DNA from: Phaeosaccion multiseriatum
Taxonomy: Eukaryota; Protista; Ochrophyta, other classes
Direction: 5' to 3'
Assembly: GCA_965112735.1 (NCBI GenBank)
Contig: OZ218953.1
Span: 3,224,001 to 3,288,000 of the forward strand
DNA length: 64,000 bases
In this document: piece after piece, positions 52,620 to 64,000 of the stretch
Layout of the letters: every line of letters starts with the position of its first letter
Numbering within the stretch: position 1 is the first letter of the stretch
Made by a program: the position numbers and the translations under genes
The notes under the pieces: model-generated
What the model was told of the DNA's origin: nothing
What the model saw: the letters and a program-made list of their open reading frames with translations, nothing else
The model's database searches: none

Positions 52620-55600
52620 TCATCTGGCGCCGCCCTTCTTTTCCTCCTCCTCCTCCTCTAGTTCCTTCGCGATACTCTGCAGCACAGAGTGCGGGTAAAT
52701 GTCGCCCCTCCGCCCGTCGCTCCAGTCAATCGCTACGGCGTAATTGCCCCGCGCTTCTACCTTGGTCGGTACGACGCCGCCCTCCTTCGCCCCTCCCCCC
52801 ACTCCTCCTCCTCCTCCTCCTCCTCCTCCTCCTCCTCCCTCCGGCTCGTCGCCGAGTCTCTTTCCGTCCACCGGACTGCGATGGCGCAGCTCGTGGGGAG
52901 GGATCAAGTGCTCATAGGCCCCTCCCCCGTCCTCTGTGGACAGATAGCGCAACACGATAGCCCCCCGGGAAGCATTCCACGTCACATTTGGCACCACACT
53001 CCCTATAGAAGGGGAGCTCCCACCTCCACCTCCACCACCACTCGCTACCCCAGCGCCCCGCAAGGTCAAGCTCCCATGCTGCTGCCGTTGAATGAGTTCA
53101 CACAGCACGTGCTCGCCCAAGGCTTGATACACCCCCGCCTCCTCCGACTCGGGGTCGCTCAGGACAATAGGCCTGCCGCAGTCGCTACCCGAGGCGATGC
53201 TGGGGCTGAGAGGCAGATGAAAGGCCGTCTGAATGTCAAAGTCCTTCTGCAGGTCCTCCACATGTCCGTCGCCGAAGGGGCGGTGTCTGGTGCCGTGGAT
53301 GCAGTCAAAGTAAGCCATGTTCTCCACCACGCTTAGGGTGGGCACCTTTGGAAATGGAGTGAAGTGGAGGTGAAGTGGGAGGTGAGAGGTGAGGTGAAGG
53401 AGAGTGAACTAAAAGGAGGTGAAGGAGAGGAAGAGGAGGGGAAGAGAGACTCTTCTCTCTCTCCCTCTCCTCTCACTCACGTACCTTGAGAGAGCCGAAC
53501 ATCTCAATGCCCTTCACCACGTCAATGTAGCTGAGCCTCTGCGGCGTGGTGACAATCACCGCCCCGGTCATCTGCAGAGTCTGGCAGAGTGTGATTTGAA
53601 TGTCGCCAGTCCCCGGCGGCATGTCAACGATCAGGCAGTCCAAGTCTCCCCAGTCCGTGCCCAGCACCAGTTGATTGATCACCTGTGTGTGTGTGTGTAT
53701 GGGTGGGTGGATGTGTGTGTGTGTGCGCGTGTGTGTGTGTTTGTGCGTGTATGTGTGCGCGTGTAGGTGTTTGCGTATGTGGGCATGTGCGTGGGTGTCC
53801 GAGGGGCCACCCAAAGGCTTTGCGCGTCTCTGTAATACGCCCTCCTTGCTCAGAACATCAGGCCCATCCTCTGTCTAGCCTCTAAGGTACAGGGTGACGG
53901 AGGGCCCTCTGTCCAGCCTCTAAGGTACTGGGCGAACGAAGGCGGGCCCTCCATCCACGGCCATCCCACATGCAACCCGTCCATCCATTACCATCCCACA
54001 TTCGACCCGTCCATCCCCTGCCATCCCAGATTCGGTCCATCTATCCACTGCTATCCCCCCCCCCCCCACTGCCCGTACCTTGCTGACGATAGGGCCTCTC
54101 AGCACGGCTGCAGTCTTGCCACCTGCCCCTGAGAGCCCGGCCTGAGAGGAGGTGGAGGTGGACAGGACCAGTGACAGGACGGGCAGCTTTAGACGTGGGG
54201 GAGGGAAGGGAAGGGGGGAGGGGGGGGGGAAAGGGCAAGGAAAGGGAAGGGAAGGGAAGGGAAGGGGAAAGGAAAGGGGGGATGGGCAAGACAAGAAGGA
54301 AGGAAGAGTAAGGGGCTTTCCAACGTGCCCCTTCTTTCTCCTCCTGCCGTAGGTGGTAAGCACAAAGACCAACACAGGCGCACCTCAAAACGAAAGGCCC
54401 CTTCCACTTCCACAGAGAGACAAAGAGAGACACACAAAAAAAAAACATGCGAGACCAGAGCACTTACCGTCTGGCTGACATACCCAAAGGAGAGACACGC
54501 CACACCCTGATGCATAACTGGCACAATGAGGCGGTCATTGTCCTTTGAGAGCCGGAGAGCCACATCGTCTGGACGGATCAGCGTGGGCAGCGAAGGGCCG
54601 TACACGTCTGCATCGAGCAGGCCTACTCGGGCGCCGCGCTGAGACAAGGCATACGCCAGGTTGACAGCCTGGGGAGAGGGAAGCGGGGAGATGAGGGGGA
54701 GAGGGAGAGATGAGCTGGAGAAAGGGGAAGGAGAGCATGATCATGGAGGAGGTGGAAGCGAAAGGCCATTGCCTTAGATGTAAGTCCTCCTCTTTCCCCC
54801 TTGCCGGCCCGCTCCTCTCCAACCCTCTACATCCCTGCCCCCTCCTATGCAACCCTCCCTCCATATGCTGCCGACCCTCACCACTGTGCTTTTGCCCACC
54901 CCTCCTTTGCAGCTGCTCACTGCGATGACGTGCCCCACGTGCTGCAGCCCCGGGGTGGACGAGGCGGTGGTGGCCCTGTTCAGAGGCCTCCGAGCAGCAG
55001 CCTTGACGGCGCATGCACGCACCCACGGTAGGGCAGAGATGGAGTCCTCGCACGACTTTTGCGCAGAGGAGGAGGGGAGAGAAGAGGAGAAGAGGATAGA
55101 GGAGAGCGCAGCGCGGGGTCAGACACCCAAGCAGCACAACTAGGAGACACCCAACAACGCAAGCAACTTCGGTCGTTTCCCTCCCCTGCCCTCTGCCGTT
55201 CCGGTGCGTCCCTCTACGCTGTACCCACCCTAGTGAGGAAGTCCCTCTTCGGATGCGCCAGAGTGGGGAGCCCCAAAGTGAGCGTCACACTCCCGCCTGA
55301 TAGAGATGAAGTAAATGTATAGACCATCATCGGTCAAGTACGGACAGAAGGCCGCGTCGGAAAGATTAAGCAGACAGCAGAAGGAAAACCCCTGCTTCAT
55401 GACTTGTTGTCACTTACCCACTCACTTCGCTAAGTATAGCTCACTTTCCTCTCCCTTCATTTCCTCACTCCCTCACTCCGCTCTCTTCACGCCCTCCCTA
55501 TCCTCCCTCCCTTCCTCCCTCAAACACTCACTCACTTCTCATATCGACCACGAGGTCGCCTGTGTACCCCATGGTGACCACGTCCACAGACACAACAGGG

Positions 55601-56325
55601 TCCACCACCGAGCGGAGAGCGCCCAACACCTCCGTCTCCTTCGCTGCCAGCTCCCGCGCTCCTCCCCCCCCCCCACCGTCCCCTCTTCCTGCCCCTGCCG
55701 GTGCTTCTGCTCTCCTTGTCATGGCGATGGACCTCATTGCCCCTCCCCGTCCCCGCCCGCTCCAGAACAAGGGTACTCTCCACCCTTCTTGGTCGTGCTC
55801 GCCTTGGCGCCCGTGGACAAGAGGGGCGGAGGCGGCATAGCACAACCGCCTTTTCCTGTCAGGATGTGTAAGGCGGTTCATGTTCTGTGAGGAATGTTCT
55901 GTGACGATGGGGAGTGTGTATGTCGCATACACTTCCTTGAGGAGCCTCTCGTCGCCTCTCATCGCCTGCGTTAAGTCGCTACAGCGCCTCCATTCAGGTG
56001 AAAGGACCACATCGTACATGTGCACGATCGGATACACAGGAACATCAGGCTATTTTGAGAGAAGAAGGAGGCCTTTCTGCTGCCATTGCTTGCGCACGTA
56101 CCTTGGTCGTGTGATTTGGGTCGCCTTCTCCAGCTTCCTCTGTTCGTTGGGAAGTTGTTGTTGGCCAAGACCGCCCCTTGCGAGCCGATGAAGGTGGCGA
56201 GCGGCATCCCGAGCAGCAGCCCCAGGCGGTGCACGCAGCGCTCGGACTACCGGTATCCCTGACGAGTCTACGGAGAAGAGCGGTACCAGCGTTTTCCCCG
56301 CCCTCCTTTGGCCTCTCTGCAGCAT
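52620..56325 (-). CDS. HCF101: HCF101-type Fe-S scaffold (DUF59 + Mrp/NBP35 P-loop NTPase + DUF971), multi-exon
   Basis: [12 protein letters not shown] (DUF59), [63 protein letters not shown] (DUF971). Arg-rich first exon 56325-56101 joins 55859 in phase. Confidence 0.9.
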
Positions 56326-56493
56326 CCTCCCGCCCTCTCCTTCCCCACGACAAAGAATGCAGAATGAGCTCCAGGCTACCATCTGCTGCCATCTGCTCGT
56401 ACACCTCCATCTGAAATCCTTTGGCCGTTACGTTGCGATCGATCAGGCCTCCCCCAGAGACGCCAACCAAAAGCGGCAAAGGATCGATTAAAG

Positions 56494-57174
56494 ATGGGCG
56501 ATGAGGAGGCAGAGTTCAAGGTGGAGTACCTAGATGCTCCCGCCGACGAGGAGCCGCTGGTGACCAACTGGCTGTCCCGGCCCGGCAAGGCGAAGGTCAC
56601 CTACCCTGATGGAGCGACCTACGAGGGCACTTTTGACGGGGAGAGAATGAAGACGGGAGAGGCCACGTACACGTGGGTCAAGCCTGCTGAGGAGGAGGGG
56701 GACGAGCCAGTGCCGATGGCCACGTTCAAGGGTGACTACGCGGACGGCAAGAGGTCGGGCGTGGGCACCATGGTCTACCCCAATGGAGACGAGTATACTG
56801 GGGAATGGGTGGCCAATGTCATGGTCGGAGAGGGGACGTACAAGTACAAGGCAACAGGGGATATCTATAGTGGGACGTGGGTGGCGGGCAAGAAGGATGG
56901 AGCCGGAATCTACCAGTTCGGGGCGGACAGCAGTATGCTCAAGGGGCTGTGGAAGGCGGGCGAGGTAGTGGAGGGGGAGTGGGTCTTCCAAGACGGCACT
57001 GTATACAAGGGGACGTTCCAGGACGGCAAGCCTACGGGGGCTGGTACATTCACGTTCCCCTCGTCGGGCATTAAGCAGAAGGGCGCCTACGTCGCCAAAC
57101 CGAAGGAAGAGGACGCGGACGAAGACGAGCCGCCCGTTATGGAGTGGAAGGGCGAGAGCGTTGTCGCGTGCTGA
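56494..57174 (+). CDS. MORN-repeat protein, radial spoke head 1 (RSPH1)-like, intronless
   Basis: About six YxGxWxxGxxxGxG MORN repeats, acidic, 226 aa. Confidence 0.85.
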   Translation: MGDEEAEFKVEYLDAPADEEPLVTNWLSRPGKAKVTYPDGATYEGTFDGERMKTGEATYTWVKPAEEEGDEPVPMATFKGDYADGKRSGVGTMVYPNGDEYTGEWVANVMVGEGTYKYKATGDIYSGTWVAGKKDGAGIYQFGADSSMLKGLWKAGEVVEGEWVFQDGTVYKGTFQDGKPTGAGTFTFPSSGIKQKGAYVAKPKEEDADEDEPPVMEWKGESVVAC

Positions 57175-58052
57175 TCTCTTTAAAATGACGCTGCTTGGCC
57201 TCAAATGTTCTTGGCCCTGAACGATCGCGGGAGTGATTGCTTTGCTGGGTGGAACATCACGAGGAAGACTTGACGACATCCGATGGCGAGCCGCGGCGTT
57301 GTACGTCTCCAGGTGATCGATCGTTGGCAGAGACTCCCTCGATGAGACGATTGATGCGCCGAATGACGCGTTCCGGCCCCCTTGGTGGAGATCAATAACT
57401 GCGATTTTTAGGGGAGCAGAGCGCTCTTGTGTATATACCTTCATAGGGGGGGCAGGTGGCGACGGTGATGTAAGCAGCAAGACGAGCATGCTGAGCAATG
57501 CACAGCACACAGTGAGTGTTGTTCGTCGAGCCCTCAGTTAAACGATCATAAAGAGCGTCTCCCCTATATGTACTTGCACCATGTTGCCCATATGCCGACA
57601 GCTGCATAGAACCATTCATTGACTCTGCCCTGGCCCAGAGTCGAGTGCTTCTTCTCAGCTCTCTCCATCCATCACAACGGACATGAAAAGTCTCGCTCTC
57701 TCCTCCTCTCCACCAAAATTGAATTCCTGCTCAAAGAAGCCGTGCCGTGTTCATTCTCTACACATCGATTAAATCCCCTTGAAGTGTACACAGCAGCTTT
57801 TCTCCCTCCTATATACACACCCTACCCTTACCTACTCAAACTCTTGTAATATGCCCATCTACACAAGAAGCCACCGGCAAGCAGCGAAGATGCGTTTCCG
57901 TGTCGTGCTGCATGTCACCCGCTTTTAACAGGCCAGACCTTTTCTCGCTCAGACACACTTGACGTTGGTCTCCGTCGCCTTGCTCCCCTGCCCCCCCCCC
58001 CCGCGCCCCCACCCCACCCACCCACCCTCGAACCATACCTACAACAATGATG

Positions 58053-59898
58053 TCACCCAAGCGGGGCCGCGGCGGCCGCAGTTGGGCTGCCTGAGCCTGT
58101 GTCCGTACTTGAGCCCCCCTTCCCCTTTCCCGTCCCCTTCTGCTGCCCCTTGCCCTTGCCCGTTGTCGTTACGTTGACTCGGACGTCAGCGGCCTGTCCC
58201 GTCCCCGCCCAAGTCCACCCCTCCTCCTCCTCCTCCTCGATCGTTTCGCTCGTGCTGGGGCTGGTAGGAGGAGCTGCGTGACTGGTCACAATAGTCGCCT
58301 TTAAGAGTGCCACCCCCTCGGGGCCCTTCTTCCCCCGGGCTCCCGAGCCCTTCCTCCCTCGGACCCCGGGGCTCTCCTCCGCAGGGCTCTCCCCACCTTC
58401 CTCCACCTCTGGCTGCATGTGCCCCCCCGTGGACGGGGACACGCCAAAGCCCTCGGGAATGGACGTCGCATTGTTGGAGGCAATGCAGCGGATCATGGCT
58501 GGAGGGGAGGCGAGGAGGCAGGAGGTCGGAGGGCGTCGAGGGAAGCGAGGGAAGACAGCAGGGAAGAGAGGAGGGGCGCGGCCAGGACGCAGAGCGAGGA
58601 GGGGAGTGTCAGGAGGGGCACCTCGCCACGGTGTGTCAGCAAGTGGTGTGGTGAGTGCAGAGCATGCGGAGGGCGGCGAGCTGTAGTGCATACGTAGACC
58701 TCACGTACCGTTGTGGTGCACAGCGTGGTGGGTAGCGAAGGCGAGCTCTCTCTCCAGCGTGCTCTTCAGTACCTTCTCCGAGCCGTGCGCGTCCTTGCAC
58801 ACCTGCACATACACACACACACACACACACATACATACGCGCACAATCAAACGCGTAAGCTCTGCTTTGTGGGCTCATGCACGCACACCCTCGCACACAC
58901 CCGCCCACACACGCAGCACACACACACGCACACACCTGCACGTTAACGCTGTTCTGTAAGAGAGTGTGCGGCACCTTGCCCAGGGCCGCCAGGAGCTCCT
59001 CGATCATCTCCGCAGCCGCGGCAGGGTCCTGAGGAAGCAGCACACCGCCAAGAAGCAGGGGGGTGGGAAACGAATTGGGCCTCAAGTACATTCAGTCTCT
59101 AGCGGGAGAGGAATTGGTGGCGATACGATGTGATCTCTTACCCTCTCTGCTGTTGTATCTCCCTCTCGCCTGTCGAAGTTAAGCCCCGGCAGGTCCGTCT
59201 TCGACGGGCTATCTGACGACGAAGAAGAGTCGTTCTGGAGCTCCTGTGCGGCAAACACCCACGTCTGCCCAGGTCGGCCACGACCCATAGTAGAACGTAG
59301 AGAAGAAATCATAGGATCAGATGGGGCAGCTGGTGGTGAGAACTCTCCAACTCTCTCGCCGTTAGAGCTCTATAGTGGTAGAGCAATAGTCACCTTCATT
59401 TTGGACAAAGAGTGGCCCATGTGCTGGCCTATGGATCCCCCTGCGATCGAGTCGAATCTGAAGCACGGGAGGAGAGAAGGAGAGTGTAAGCGAGAGAATG
59501 AGAGGGTTCGCGTGAAAGCCGTGGCGGGTAACGTGTTCTCGAGCAAGTCCGGGGGAAGGGGTGGAGGTAAGTGCGAAAGCGGTGGCGGACTGATGCTGCA
59601 CACAATGGGGGAACAACAAGTTCAACTAAGGTTTTGCCGCTTACTTCGTGTATTCGGCTGGCTGGAGATTTCGCATGAGCTCCCTCTGACTCTTGAGGAG
59701 ATCCGCTGCCCATACAAGCGTGGCGTAGCGATTCGCCTTGGCCATGGCCTCCTCCTTTTTTTCTTTTTTGATTGGATTCCTGACTGGGGTGGGAAGAAGA
59801 TGCTCTTCCCCTTCTTGCTGCTGCGCCCTTTGCTTGTCCTTTCTTCCATGCTTCAAGGAGTACTTGACTTGATCGAATACCTCCTTTACATTGTGCAT
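58053..59898 (-). CDS. DinB-superfamily protein, multi-exon
   Basis: Spliced motifs YT|KFDSIAGGSIGQHMGHSL, NFDRREGDT..DP, STLERELAFATHHAVHH, FGVSPST. Confidence 0.78.
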
Positions 59899-60374
59899 GG
59901 TGCAGAAGACGCGATTATATGGAGGGAGAGAGAAGAGAAAGAAGAGCGGGTCATGGAAGCGGAAGGTGAGTTTGATTTTCAGTTATTAGTTCAAACCTCA
60001 AAAGGCACTATGCACGAGCGAAGGAGCTGGCTGGCTGGCTGGCTGGCTGGAAGGAAGGAAGGAAGAAAGGAAGGAAATGAAAAGGAGAGGGAAAAGTCCA
60101 CTCTGCCCAGTCCCCAGCGACAAGAAGCAGCACTACAATATACAAAACAAAAGCCCCTCGCTCTCGGGCATGCCGGCCCCCTCCCTCTCCCTGCGGCCTG
60201 TGGGGAGGAATGGGACACAAAAATTCAACTGTTCAAACCCAGGCAGGCTCGAACGCAGCCAAGACAGGCGGCGGCACAGTACGGCTCCACCACCGCCCGC
60301 GCACTTGGGTCAATCAGTACGTGTGTGTGCGTCAGCACCACTACAGGCAGCAGCACTTGCGCCAGTCCGCGGTC

Positions 60375-64000
<3,626 letters not shown>

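Noticed and set aside
55860-56100. Extra N-terminal domain on HCF101 ([10 protein letters not shown]...)
   Set aside because: Better explained as an intron (GTACGT donor, CTGACAG acceptor, matching phase) that happens to be partly open.

Overview
Eukaryotic nuclear DNA: GC-rich, with spliceosomal GT-AG introns full of microsatellites. It most likely comes from a flagellated ochrophyte/stramenopile-type alga, inferred from a signal+transit-like mTERF protein, an HCF101-type protein with an Arg-rich presequence, an RSPH1-like MORN protein and an arylsulfatase. I can reconstruct about 15 protein genes by eye: an intronless PPR-SMR protein, a WDR53-like WD40 protein, a PNPOx-FMN/FAD-NAD oxidoreductase, an FNIP-repeat protein, a Lines homolog, a CAMK-like kinase, a Zn2Cys6 transcription factor, a triple-module mTERF-like protein, SERBP1/HABP4, an arylsulfatase, TPA1/OGFOD1, HCF101, RSPH1-like, DinB-like and DBP2 (5' end outside the window). 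The most striking non-genic signal is a family of non-autonomous TIR elements that start with TCG(G/A)C, end with G(C/T)CGA and make 6(-7)-bp target-site duplications. There are at least five complete insertions plus one truncated end. One insertion is a nested composite in which two MITEs bracket a 230-bp (GGGA)n tract and appear to have moved as one unit. Other highlights are a PPR-SMR array of near-identical repeats with a readable RNA code, FNIP repeats encoded by symmetric phase-0 exon cassettes, a 690-bp fold-back rearrangement, and polarised G-rich/C-rich intron ends. Exon boundaries and coordinates were read manually and are approximate; no database searches were run.
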